From: the human T2T-CHM13v2.0 reference genome, Homo sapiens | Length of the DNA stretch: 64,000 bases | Assembly (NCBI RefSeq): GCF_009914755.1 | Contig: NC_060926.1 | Reading direction: 5' to 3' (one strand) | In this document: positions 1 to 15,015 of the stretch, in pieces | Layout: every line of letters begins with the position of its first letter | How positions within the stretch are numbered: the first letter of the stretch is position 1 | The notes under the pieces: generated by a model | Told to the model about the DNA's origin: nothing | What the model saw: only the letters and a program-made list of their open reading frames with translations | Databases searched by the model: none | Program-made: the position numbers and the translations under genes

Positions 1-254
1 TTTTGAATATCTGCTTAATGGGATATTTGGAAGAATCAAGTTATAAGATGGGAGACAGAGGGGAAGACATACTGGGAGAGACAATGACATTTGCCAAGGC
101 CTATAAGCCCACTAGACTAGTAAGAGTATGAGGGAGAGAGAGTGGGAAAATGAGAGGAGATTTCTAGTCTACTTAGACATCTTCTATTCCAACTACCAGA
201 AGACATGACAAATCTCAAAAGTGGTAGAGAAAACTTCACTTGGTCGGAAGTTAT

Positions 255-390
255 ATAGATCTTGATAAGTCTGTGCCACTCACCATTTGAGAAAGCTGTT
301 TCACCTTCCTGAATTTCAGTTTTCTAGTGTTTAAAATAGTAATAAGTTGTAATGAGGATCAAATAAGATGATACATGTAGAGCTCTGTGT
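255..390 (+). mobile_element. MIR SINE fragment
   Basis: Degenerate MIR core and 3' region (tttcagttttctagtgtttaaaatagtaataa...gttgtaatgaggatcaaataagatgatacatgtagagc). Confidence 0.6.
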
Positions 391-689
391 CTGCAACAGA
401 TCCCAGGGAAATGTTAGAATCCTTCCTAAGTCCCCCTTAATTTAGAGGGGTTGCTATTGTTATTTAATTCTAAGACAACAATCACCACACAGCCTACCAA
501 AAGATTCCTATTAATGCATCTCCTAGAAACCAAATACATAGAACTGTGAGCTGAGGTCACCCTGAGAATATTTTCCATCCTTGTACCTAATATAGTCACT
601 TCTAACTGTATCTTTATGAATCTAGATTTTCTGTTTTCTGTATTTGTATTGGAATCAAGGATGTGAGAAGACTTTGGAAACTGCAAAAG

Positions 690-872
690 AAAAGAATTCA
701 ATTATACCAACTATGTCTACATTTTAAAATTTATTGTTCATTGTAATTTTTCCAATAATTTTGATTTTTTAAAATTGTGTTAAATATTATTTGATTACTG
801 ATTTGGGGGGTATCTTTTTAAATCATGTGGCTGAGGCAAGTATCTTATTGTCTTACCCTAGTCCTGGGTCTG
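690..872 (-). mobile_element. MER96B-like hAT DNA transposon fragment
   Basis: Reverse strand reads cagacccaggactagggtaagac...cttgcctcag...tcagtaatcaaataatattt...aaaatcaaaatta, matching the recalled MER96B 5' end. Confidence 0.7.
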
Positions 873-1209
873 TAGGAGGTATTTTTAGATGTTGATTGAG
901 CAATTTTGTTTTTGTGTCACCTTACAATAGAATTCAGGGTGAGCTTCATCATAATATATTATGTCAAACAAAAAAGAAAATTGATGTGCAAAAGAATCAT
1001 CAGCAGAGAGGGCATGAGATTACTCCAACCAAGGAGATGGGATTTCTTGACTGCTCTCCCTCCCATTTCATTATCACAGATATGGCCTCATGGCCTGTGT
1101 AGCCCAGTGCTCAAAGGCCACTTCAAGGTGTTTGGCATGCAGTCAGCATCACTGGAAAACTAGACATTTCTCTTTTTGTTAGTGACACCTCCGCTGGTTT
1201 ATGCTTTTC

Positions 1210-1415
1210 TAATAATAATTTATGATTCATTGAGCACTTATAGCATGCTAGACATTGGAATATGTATTTATATTTCTCGACCAGTTTTAATTATTTTTAA
1301 GGAGCCAATAGGAAGTTTTTATTAACATTCTACAGATGGTGAATCTGAAACTGAGAGACATCAGCCAACCTGTTGAAAGCCTGTTCTTAGAATTAAGTTT
1401 CAAATATGGCAGCCT
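1210..1415 (-). mobile_element. MIR SINE
   Basis: cattgagcactta...attctacagatggtgaatctgaaactgagaga is the reverse-orientation MIR core. Confidence 0.65.
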
Positions 1416-1867
1416 TCCTCAAGAGAAAAGAACATTAAAGAGATAAGACATTAAAGTTGGAACTCTGAACTCTGGAAATAAATATAAATTAGACTACAGG
1501 TTACCATGCCCATAGTTGAAAGATCTTTATGATCAGCATAATGTCAAAAATAATATCCTGATTGGAGTTATATAGAATTGATAAAACATCAACAAAGCTG
1601 CAACAACACACACACACAAAATCAAAGTATCATCCCTGAAAATACAGAAAAGATAAGAAGCTAGGTTATTACTGTGGAAGCAAAAAAAAGGACCAGGCTC
1701 TGGGAAAATTTCAGCAGTTCATATTGGCAGAGTTTGGAATACAGAATACAATAGTATGAGTAGTCTAGAAAAGTAAAATAGAAGTTATGAATCAAATAGA
1801 ATTGGGTAAGCTCTCAGCTGACTAAAAGCCACATTGGGAGAAGGGCATAATTATTGGATAAAAGTAA

Positions 1868-1994
1868 GCAGCAAACCATCCTAGTTTGCCTGGGACTAAG
1901 AAAGTTACCCCAGACATAATCACGTAGGGCTAAAATGAGGACAATTCCAGGAAAGTTGTACAGTCCCAGGAAAGCCAAGATAGTTTGTCACTAT
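1868..1994 (-). mobile_element. MER81-like hAT-Blackjack MITE
   Basis: Imperfect terminal inverted repeats (ccatcctagtttgcctgggact ... agtcccaggaaagccaagatagtttgtcac), with a short internal duplication of ccaggaaag. Confidence 0.65.
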
Positions 1995-2801
1995 AGAGTG
2001 AACTAGAAGTTCATAGTCTAAGCAATCAATACTCAGAATGGCCTAACTGGATGAGGCAAGTCAAGTCAAGTGGTGAGTATGCTAAACTTAGAGATGGAAG
2101 GTAGACAAGTCAGGTGGTAAGATGAGCTAGATTCAGAAATATGAGTGTAGGCAGGAAAGTCAAAGTTCTCGGTTATTCAACAATCTGCTCGGCTAATGGA
2201 TCGAATAATGCATGTGCAAAGAGTTGCAAAGTAAATGGTAATACATTTCAAAACTGAAAAATAGATCAAGTATTATGGGGAGTTAGAGGGTGGAAAATTG
2301 CCAATTGCAGTGAGATGAGTGAGGAGGGATTGAAACTGATATTTTAAGCAGATTGATTTGTCATTAAGCATATTTGGAAGAAAGCAGATGGAAGATGTGA
2401 TATCAGAATGGGCAGGAGATGTACAAAGTACACACTAGTTGTATACCTGATATGCCCTACCGTTTGAATGGAATTTGGAGCTGAAATGGTGTTGTAGAAA
2501 ACTGCATCTGGAATTAACATTAGGATTGGTCTTTAATATCAAGGTAAACATTTTAGATTGTATTCACCAAATATCAGTGAACCAACCACTTAAAAACTTG
2601 TTATTAGGAAAACGGGCAATGAAGCTGAGCTGTGCTTTAGAGAAATTGCCCAGACAATGGGGAGCTTTGGGATAATGAATCACTGGATACGTCGAGTCCT
2701 GCAAGGTGTAATGATAACTGTCCAGAAATGGTAGGAGACAAAAGCTTGATAAAATGAGAGGAGGATGGAAAGAACAGGATAGTGAAAAGATGAGAATTCA
2801 A

Positions 2802-3053
2802 GGCAGTGTGGCAAAGTGGGATAAGCTCAGGTTTTAGAGCTAGACACACCTCAGGTGATTCCCCTGATCCTTGGCTTAATGGCAATATGAACACAGGAAG
2901 AAATCTGAACTCTTCCAAGCCTCAGATTCTCAGCTGCAAAATGAGAATAATATTACCTACATCAGAAGCCTGCTTTAAATTATCAAATATGACAACCGAT
3001 GTAATATCCATATTACAATGCCCAGCACCTAGACCTTCAGTAAATGGTGACTA
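2802..3053 (+). mobile_element. MIR SINE, near full length
   Basis: ggcagtgtggc...ttagagctagac...aagcctcagattctcagctgcaaaatgagaataatattacctac...tgcccagcacctag...cagtaaatggtgactat. Confidence 0.8.
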
Positions 3054-5786
3054 TAATACCAGAAATTGGCAATTGGTTGCAGATGGGAGTCAAGGCTAAA
3101 GTATCAAAATATTGTCACAATTTTATATCAGAGTTATGCAAGGGTTTTCCAAAAGTTAATGAGATAGCTATTAGGTTTCTCCCTCTGAAGTTATAAATAA
3201 TTTATCTGCCTTCAAGCCTCATCTTTGCCAGGTTCTAGTCCTGTAAACTTGAAAATTCACCCAAATTTCTCCTGCAATTATATTTGAGGGGGAGAAGAGA
3301 TGTAAAAGCACACACATAATTATATATCATTTACTAGTTGGCAAATTGCTTACAGAATGCTTACATTCTTAAACATTTCTTTAGGATTAGATTTTGGTGT
3401 TGGGCATGCCAAAGAAACACATGGATTTTCCTCTAAAGAAATTGATTCAGTTGTTTCCAACATGAAATAGATAGGGTTAGGATCAAGCACACTAAACATA
3501 AATATAGGAGCTGCTCAGATAAGAGACTGTACTGTGGGATAGATATTCTTACGGGCCGGTTCACAGGGAATGCAGAACTTGAGCAGCAATGAGTAGGATT
3601 TGTTGATGGGATTCTTAAAAGGGAATCTGGAACAGTTTTTGGAATACTCTGACCTGTTCCATTAGAGTACAAAAGCCTTGTTCTGTGATAAAACCCCCTG
3701 GAGTATCTTCCTTTTTCAAATTCATGAGCTGATTCTTCTTACTGCTTGAAGATCTTGATGATTGGAATTTGCATATTAAGGTGTAAAGTGGGACCAAGAG
3801 TTTTCCAGGAGCAGCCACCTGGCACAAAGTTATAAAAATGTCTTGAATGACGGCAACTTAAAAGACCTAATAATCCAGCCTAAATGGAAAATAAATGTAA
3901 ACGTAGTACAGAACCATTCCCAAGAAATTTTGGCATTAAAAGAAGTTCATTTTGTATGCCACATTGGTCCTCTTTGAAGATGATTTTTTTTTTAAAAAAA
4001 GGCAAACTGAGGACATTCTATGCCCCTCATGCAGCCCACAGTAAGATTTGAGAATACCAGTGCTCACATTGGAATTTCCGTAATGACTAGGGAATATATG
4101 TCCATATGGCTTGGGAATGTCCCTCAGCCAATAACTCTTAGAAGGAAATTGTAAGTGCACTAAGGGGCATCGTTAACAATGCTATTCTCTTAACCTTACA
4201 GCAATGTATTTCAGTTTATGGAACTTATACCGACATTTACAGACCTTTGGGGAAAGTACTGAATGTGGGTTTAATCATCTTGGTTAGATATGTGACTGTC
4301 CAGGCTGGGAAAACTCTTTTTGAAAGCATGCTCCTTCTTTCAGTTTCAACAGATGTTAGAAGAATAGATCTGTCTAGAATATTCATGCCCTTGTATGCAT
4401 GCCTATATCTATCTAGTGAAGAAAATGAAAGGTGCTGCTGTAAGAATTCATTGCCAATATGAGTATATTAAGAAAACCAAATTGTTGGTTGCTAGCATAA
4501 AATCAATTGTGCTTTGTTAGAGAAAGTTGAATCCACAAAACAATTGTGAAGACATTCACAGCACTGTAGGCACTTATTGGTTTGAACAACTCAAGCTAAC
4601 ACATTTTTATTAGAGGTAGATATGATTCAATCATTTGCTGGTAAGTAACGTTTTCTTCCCTCCCTCCATGTATGAAACTGTTGCCTTAGCAACACAAGTG
4701 CCCAGATGACTTATGCATATTGTTGTGTCTTTTCTTCTGCTTTGATCTGCTTTCTAATTTGTGAAGTTTAAAAAAAAAACTTAAAAAAGGAGACTTTAAA
4801 AAATGCTTTGGGAATATTAATCAAGAAAATAAACTAGGAAAAGGGAGTTTTTGACATTATTTTTCTCCACTGTTAGGCATTTGATCATGTAATCAATGCA
4901 GTCAGGTGTATCTTCTCTGCTACATCCCATGCCCATTCCTCAATGCTTAGTTTAACTGGCTCCTTGGTGAAGTTTCCCGGACACCATATTGATTTAAATT
5001 TCTGTTGCTCCAAAGTTTTGTAACAATTCATAGTTGAAACATTTACTTGGCTGCCTTGTTCTTTGGTTATTGTTTTTTGTATGATAAGGCTGAATTGTTA
5101 AGGATATGATAGAAACAAGAAAAGTTTGCAGTCATGGCACAAAGGAGTAAAACCTGACTCAGTAGGTACAAAACTTGCTCTATGCTTGGAGGATAAGGAA
5201 CAGTTATCCCAGGAGGAAACAAGCCATTATTGTGTGTGAATATTGCTCACTTACATAAGTAAAAGATTATCATTTTCATAATTCTCCTTGCTAGATGACA
5301 GAAATGGGTTCTGAATTATGTAGGTACATATTTCTAAAATAATTTTAGCAGAGCTTATTTCTAGAAATAACTTATGGAGACTGAACTTTTCCTATGCTTG
5401 ATACTTACATAGACTGAATTAACTGTCTAATTACCTGTACATACACTATACAGACCCTACCCTTAACAAAGATATAAGATGGATAAATATGGTTTTCAGC
5501 CCAGCTGTATCCTCTCTCCCTCTCAGTGATCACTTCTTCTCCACAAAGCTGTTGTAGTACTCTCAATGTTTTTCAGTATGACAACTTCCTATGCATTTTC
5601 TGATCGGCAGCATCTCATGCTAACCATGTCTCTTACTTCCTGTGCCTGTTCAATGACTGCGTCATCCCCAGAGCTGCTAATTTTCCCGTGGCAGTATACT
5701 GTTTGCTGACAATGCTCAGTGCATTATATCTCAGATATTACACTTTTATATTTAATAAATGTCTAAAGGCATGATGGTAAGATGTG

Positions 5787-5847
5787 TTTGACATACACCA
5801 AAAGGACATTTTGTATAATATCCTTTGGTGTATGTCAAATTATACAA
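5787..5847. repeat. Near-perfect inverted repeat (19/20-bp arms, 14-nt loop)
   Basis: tttgacatacaccaaaagga (5787-5806) is the reverse complement of tcctttggtgtatgtcaaa (5821-5839) except for a 1-nt indel. Confidence 0.9.
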
Positions 5848-6839
5848 GGTAAGCAGCTTTCTCTGTCACCAAGCTATTCTCTTTGTCTGGCCTCATATCA
5901 CAACTAATAAAATATCAGTTGTTTAAGGCCAACTCTTCCTAGGAGGATGAAAACTTGCATTTTTCTGTCTTTTTTTTCCCCAGAAAGAATTGCTCCTCTC
6001 GCATGAACCAAAAAAGGTGCTTTTCTTCTCTGGAGACTGCAATACCACTCAGGATTATGATTTAGGATGCATTGCAAATTCTTTTTTTCAGAATAGACAG
6101 AAGCAGTGAGGGCTTTTTAGTACATTTCCTTCCCTCTCAGTAAATCGAATTGTGTGATGGTGTTACAGACATGATACTGATCAAGATTGCACATCTTTGC
6201 AATTCAGGACCCTTGTGATTCATAAATCTTACATAAATCTATTCTGATGATATTTATAAAGAAACACAAACACTTTGCATAAATCAGCGTAAACAGACAT
6301 TTTTGTAGAAATTACTTAAAAATTTAAAAGGTGGGGGTGGGAGAATGCTATTAAGTCGCTTCAGAATGTTTGAGAATGATTTCCTTGTTCAATCGGTAAA
6401 CTATCTTCCCAGTGCTCATTTTTGGTATAAGAAAAATCCATACAATTGGTACTGGGGTTCTCTTCTGTTACACTTTATAAGTTCCTGTATACTTTATTTT
6501 CCATTTCCTGAGGAATGTGAACTTTAGATCAACAGAAGTATGCAGTCACTCAAGCTACCTGTCCTTGCTTCCCTACACCCACTCATAGGAATGTGTTTGT
6601 ACGCCAAATATGATGCCGCTTTTTGTCTCACAAAAGACAGGATGTTATAACTTTAGTGGTATAACCCCACCCTTAATGCTCCCAAGTATGAAGGAGGTGC
6701 CACTGGTAAGAGGACGGATTAGATTAAGTGTTGAGACATCTGACCAGAGGAATTATCTGGGCATGACATTAAATGTTGTGGGGGGAAGGTCAGCTCCTTT
6801 CTCAGGTTCTTTCAGCTGTTTTAGTTGATGGAGTCGGAA

Positions 6840-7010
6840 GACTTAGTTAATGGCTAGTACATCTTTAACATCTTTCTATCCACCACTTACAGACTCTTCA
6901 TTTTACAGTTTCCTTATTCTTAAAGAAGGGATAATAAAAGCTCCTACCTCAAGCAGTTGTTATGATCAAATATAGCATTACACAGACATAAAGCACTCAA
7001 AAAACAGTCA
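6840..7010 (+). mobile_element. MIR fragment
   Basis: cagtttccttattcttaaagaagggataataaaagctcctacctc...gttgttatgatcaaat...cacagacataaagcactcaaaa. Confidence 0.55.
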
Positions 7011-7549
7011 CTCTCATATGATAAATTCTCAGATTCTATTGCCCATTATTGCTGTCATAATTATTTTCCGTTAAAAGGAAAAGCAAACTCCAGGCTCAGA
7101 ATCTTAGGCTGGTAGACATTAATACCTTGCTAGAATTCAAAACCTTGCTTTGCTTTCAGTTTATTTTATGACTTCCTACTATTAAAACATGTTTCTGTTT
7201 GTGGATATGCTACAGTGTTTATAAATGAATCTATTCAAGTACAAAAAAGTGTCATTTAAAGAAAATATTAGTCATATTTTAATTCGTGCACCAATATAAT
7301 AAAATCTGACAAAAATCAGGTGAATGACCCACTCTTGGGATTACTTATTATTCTGTCTGCCTGTTACCCCAAGTTTTATTGGTGCACACACCTGCATGCC
7401 ACACTCCTGCCTCTCTTAATCATGCTGCTTTCCTGTCTAAAACATCCTGCCTGCCCTCACAATTTGGGTCATTTTCTGCAGGAAACCATCCCAAAGTACC
7501 CTGACCTATAATGATCTTCATTAATTATTTTTGGAAATCAATTATTTTA

Positions 7550-7730
7550 AAAGGGCTTTGCAGTCAAACAGCACCATAGTCAATCCTGGCTCTACCATGA
7601 CTCTGAAAGAGGTCCTTTACTTCACAATTTCATCATCGTTATTATGAACAAATTGCAAGTAATGTCTACTGATATGTTAGCGTGAGGATTAAATAAGGTA
7701 AAAATATATGAGACAATTGGAATAGCTCCT
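7550..7730 (+). mobile_element. MIR fragment
   Basis: gggctttgcagtcaaacag...aatcctggctctacca...gtgaggattaaataaggtaa. Confidence 0.6.
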
Positions 7731-7979
7731 CAAACTCAAAGTTCAGGGGGTATGAAGGCTATACATGTATTTTAAAAAGTATCAGTTTTTATTATTTCTT
7801 CTTTCTCCCCTTCCTTCCCTTTCACAACTACTCTTTGAGTACATTCTTAGGTGAGGACCTTTTCTAAATACCACTGTATGATTGTAATAGACAGGTCTTG
7901 TCCCTCTCCTGAAAACTGTATTTACTCATTTAATTTTTGTTTATTGAAGTTTTAATTTATATCTCCTTTAAAGGTTTTT

Positions 7980-8284
<305 letters not shown>

Positions 8285-9636
8285 ATCTCCTTTAAAGGTT
8301 TTTGAGCTTGCTTACAATAAGGGAAATTTAGAATAAGACCATTTACATGTAAATGTTAAGTTCAAATATTATATAGAGAGAATGGGATGTAAATATGCCA
8401 AATGCTTTGGCTAACAGAGTTACTGTAATTGAACACAAATTTAGTTGTGCAGTCTTGGCAGCCAGGGCTTAAGGGAGATTGTGACAGGTTATAAGGAGCC
8501 TGATGAGTACTGCCAAAGTTTGGCTACATCTGACTCTACTCCCTGAAGGCTAAAAGTTCCCTTCAACAAGCTGGATCAAGGATAGTTGAGCTATAAATCT
8601 ATTTCCCTAAGTGTTTTCTGTTGGGGAATATTTGTCAGATAAGCATGGTATAATTTAATTAAATATGACTAAGTCAGGCTACATATTTTGCAAGACAATT
8701 TTCCAGTTTGCCACTATTTTTGTGTTTTTCTAAATGAAACGTTCAACTATAAATTGGAATTTGATATATCGCCCACCAAGTGACCAAACTGAATGCATAA
8801 TGCAGTGTTTGGAGCTAAGGGATTATTTTTGGAGAGCTGATATATCAACAAACTAATTCTGTGGATTTGTTTAGTATTTTATAGTTTACAAAATGCCATG
8901 GAATATATTATCACTTTTAGAAACACAGATAAAATATATGAGAAAGAGCTCTGGGCTTGAAGTTAGATGATTTGCATTCCATTCTGTCCACCATGACTTT
9001 ATGACGGCTTCACCTACTTCCGGTAACTTTTTCTTCCTGACTGATGCCTTAACAGTGATTCTGAAGATAGGCATCTCCAGGCTAGCAAAAATTTTGATTT
9101 TTAGTTCTTTCATAATTTTTTATACATAGAAAGAAATGCTGGTATAAGCCATTACAAAAAGGAAACAAGTTAGTAGCCAACCATAAAACGACATAAAATG
9201 CGTCTTATTTCCCTGAGATTCTTTTCAGTCAGTGTAGACAGTGTTTGGGAATCCTTTCTTCACCTTCTGCCTTTCTTTGCCCACCTCCTGTGGAACCCCT
9301 ACCCCTCTGCACTCCTGGCTGTACTCTAGAGGCAAGTGAAAAACTTACATAAAGTTTGATGTTCGTTGTTAAAAAAACAAACAAACAAAAAAAACCAACC
9401 AACCAACTCTGGTCTTTCAGACTTTTAGATAATATTGATTACTTCTTTTTCTATAACTTCGATGTCTTAATTTATTAAAATGTTTCTATTTGGTTTTGCT
9501 GTATCACCCATGATAACTTCCCTTTCTCCTCAAAATTAAAGGAGGAAAACCAAATAACAAAGGGGAAAGATATGCATACGACCCCAAAAGTGAGAGAGAG
9601 CTTGGACTAAGAACTAAGGCTATTGTAAAGTGGTCA

Positions 9637-11134
<1,498 letters not shown>

Positions 11135-11554
11135 ATTTTCTCACAAAATGTATTTGAATAATTTGAGAAGTCAATTTAAGGAAGTTAAAAAGTTGTTATT
11201 TTTATCTTTGAAATTTGCTTTTCAGTGGTCAATAACTAAACTTATAACTTTCGACTATCTGTTCCTATATTATGCTCTTCTGACTCCACAAACTTCAAAA
11301 TCTTTGAAAAACTGATTTTACCACTTCCCTTGATAATCTCAAGATTGCACTCAAAGTTTAAAAGGCTTCTCAGCCTGCGATATTTCCTTCTAGGCAGGAG
11401 TTGTGAAGAAGAAAACATACTGATCTCAAAAACTAATAGGGTTATATCTGCATGATGCCAAAATAATAGATTGATTTGATCAACATTGTTGAAGAGCCTG
11501 CCAACCTGGGTTTTAGTGTCATATTAAACCCAGGAAAATATAAATAATAAATAT

Positions 11555-11790
11555 CTAGAGGGTAAGACTTATGGGAAAACATGGCAGTTCCATCAATTAT
11601 TTGAAAAACTCTCAAGAACGAGGGTTTGACTTGTTCTGAATTGCCTCAGAGGAAAAGAGTAGGGAAGAGAGTCCAATTTTAGCTCAATTTAAGAAATAAT
11701 ATTCCAAAGCTAGAGTAGTTCAACAGTAATATGGACTGACTCAAAAGACAACGAATCTGTAATAAAAGTCAAGCTGATTCTGGAATATTA
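11555..11790 (+). mobile_element. L3/CR1 LINE 3' fragment
   Basis: gagggtttgacttgttctg...cagaggaaaagagtagg...ttttagctcaatttaagaaataat...agagtagttcaacagtaatatggactg resembles the L3 3' region. Confidence 0.6.
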
Positions 11791-12006
11791 GCATTAGGGT
11801 CTGGAAAGGAGAAGAGCAAAATGATGAATGGAAAACAACTAAAGAAAAAATATTTGGCAATTTTATTTTCACAGAAGGAGCTTGTCTTTTGGTGAGGTCA
11901 AGAGCTAGGAGGATTAGGTCTTGTTTATAATAATGTATAGTGCTGTGAACTCCATTTTCTGCACCTCTTCTCCCCATCTTCTTTCTCCAGACTATTAAGA
12001 TAGCCA

Positions 12007-12235
<229 letters not shown>

Positions 12236-14769
12236 TTATTCAGCTGTGTTCTCAGTTTTCTTCTACTTTCAGTAAATCTCATGCTCATAAAATAATCTGG
12301 AATTAAATATATGAATAATTTTAAAAAAATATGCATTTTAACCAAGATGTAAGTATCACATGAATTTAGAATAATGTAATGTTAAACTTTCTGGCATTGT
12401 TCATTGAAGTTGGAGCTATTAGGGGGAACCTAAATGCCCACAAGTAAACCCTAGGTTATTTTAATAATGGGTATATGGTTTTAAATGTTTAACAAATTTA
12501 ACCACAATGAAATTGTATCTGTCCTTATGAGGTCATGCTTATCCACTTGGTCCCTGACATGCATGTACACGCCACCTTCATTCTCACAGAGACATTCTGT
12601 TCTTCATATCTAATATATAATTACCATAGAATTAAAAATAACAACTGGGCCAAAACTGCCTGTTTAAATTTCTAAATTTCAGGGATCCTTTAGAGTCAAT
12701 ACATACCATTTATCCAGATCTGTTAACTAGAAAAACTTGAATCATGTCAGAATCCTTACTATACCTGAATTGATGATTTACTATTTATTTTCAAATATTG
12801 ATGTTTCTGGAAAGCTTTATTTCAGATCATTTGATTAAATGGTGACTTGCCATTTAATGTGATTTTGTTTCCAGAAAATTCAGAGTAGTGGTGTAGCAAA
12901 ATGTTCATTTACCTGAAATAGTTTTGATTCTTCTTCATCTAACTCTAATTTCCAGTGTTAAATGCTGAGGATAAGCTTTTGCTTAATGGGCCTCAGAAGA
13001 ACATCCTAAGAATGATAGGGATCAAATTGAACAGGAGGGGGAGTGAATGTGAACTTGGGAGGTGGGTGGGGACTGTTAGGGGCTGAGTAAAATAGCTCTC
13101 AAATACTTAAAAATTATGCCATGTCCAAATATGAACCTAGACAACTTGAACCTAGCCAAAAAAAAAAAAAAAAAAAAACCCACAAAAACAAACAAAAAAG
13201 CCAAATAAAAAGAGCAAGCCAAACATTGCCCTTGCAATCTAAGGGCAAGGGAAAATACAGCTTTGAAAATGCGAAGTTGATGGGAATATCAAGGTCCAAC
13301 CCAAGAAAATTCCTTGAAAAGAAAGCACAATGTAATGAACATGGAGCTCAATCCATAGCAAAGAACCAGAAAAGACAAGGCGAGAGAACAGCACATAGTC
13401 ATTTAGCTGGATATAGACGAGCATCTCCACAGTGCTGGGTTACAGAATGGGAAGAAACAGGCAGAAGAACCTAGGTTTCTAAGAGACGCAGATATAAAAA
13501 GAGCAGGTGATAAGATCTGGCTTCAGTAAGAGATGCACAGGAGGGACGTCCAGGACACATTTTTTGACATGTTCAACACAGCTGCCTAGTAGGGTTTTCT
13601 AATCAAATACTATCACTATGTGGGCTAATTATCACTGTTGGTTCCTGGAGTGGAAGGGTACTCTGCAGGTGCCTGGGTGTTCGTCAGACAGAAGCAGATG
13701 GATTCTAGGTCAAGGCAAGAATTTATATTCTCTTTGTGCTACTTTACACAGACCTTTTTTTCACCATTTTTATAAACCCATTTTCTTTACATATGTTATT
13801 ATAAGGTGTATTTTTCTCTGTGCAATGAGAATAATTGTAGCTTCATCTGTTAATTTGTAGCTTTTACAATCAACTCCATATAATCTCATATAGGAGGAAG
13901 CTTCAGCTTTGCCATTAAGTCTTCCCGTGTGTTTAACAGGTCTCAATTATAATTTTGGCGGACACTGATTCCCTTCCTTTGGCCCAGGGAAGTACAAACT
14001 AATCAAGTGAATTTGGCTACTAATCAAGTGGCTAAGAATCACTTGATTTTTAATTAGTCATAAAGTTACTAAAACAAAGATTTCATATTTTTTCCCCTCA
14101 AGACTATGAAGTGTGTTATATTGTTATTTATTTTTTAAAGTGTTGTCTAAATTGCTATATACTTAAATTACAGTCAGAAGTCTATAATATTGAATTCTTT
14201 AGGACATTTATCAACAAAACATCTTTGAGGAGGAATATTTTGGAATCGGATGTGCAAAGTCTGGAATTTAACAGGTTAGAAATGAATAATAAGAAAAGTA
14301 AAAACATGGATACAAGTAATTTGCAAAAAAAAAAAATACAAATGACTTTTTTTTGGCTTCCTTAGTGGCTGTGGCTTTGACTCGAAAACAGGGTCACTCA
14401 GCATAATTTTGTTGGTCTGCTGTCATGCTCTCTTCCTGAGTCAGTGAATTCTGAGCTGCCTGTTTGGGGATACGTGGACCTGAAAATGAGTTAATAAAAG
14501 GCTGAATCCGAATCACCTTCTTTGTATTTTTGTTAGTGTTAGTTATATTGCCAGGAGATGTCTTAAGGAGCAGGAATCACTGTGGTTCTTACGTTTATTA
14601 ATGATGCTGTCTTTTCCCCTTCACCCAGAATCAATATTTTAAAGTCACATTGACACCTCCTTCTTCCACTTCTCTTCACGTCCTGGCAAGTGTATCTTTT
14701 TTTGTTCTACATATATGATGTCTCTAATATGTGTATCTTTCTTCCCCCAACACTAATCAATGAAATAAT

Positions 14770-15015
14770 AATAGTGCAATTGTATTGATAGTAAGCAACT
14801 ATTGAATACTTGGTAATTGCCAATCACTTTAATTCATACGAATCATCACAGCAACACTGTGAGGGAGGTGACGGTATCTTCATTTTACCATTAAAGGAAA
14901 TAAAGCTCAGAAGAGTTTCACAAATTGCTCCATATTACACAGCAAGAAAGTATGTTAGGATTTGAAATAAGACAAGTCTGAGTTTTTGAACTCTACTCCA
15001 TCTCTTTCCAGGTCA
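14770..15015 (-). mobile_element. MIR SINE
   Basis: attgaatacttg...catcacagcaacactgtgagggaggt...cattttaccattaaaggaaataaagctcagaagagttt...ggatttgaaataagacaagtctga. Confidence 0.7.

Noticed and set aside
3808-3826. CTCF-like gtgccaggtggctgc on the minus strand
   Set aside because: Mismatches the 5' CC of the core; too weak to call without data.
8500-8534. Box C (tgatga) and box D (ctga) snoRNA-like pair
   Set aside because: Too close together (about 30 nt), with no terminal stem or recognisable rRNA guide.
9016-9024. Perfect ETS motif ACCGGAAGT (minus strand)
   Set aside because: Isolated single motif with no CpG island or supporting promoter elements.
13121-13474. 117-aa lysine-rich ORF and orphan poly(A) tract
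   Set aside because: The lysine run comes from a simple A-tract. There is no convincing TSD or parent-gene similarity to call a retrocopy.
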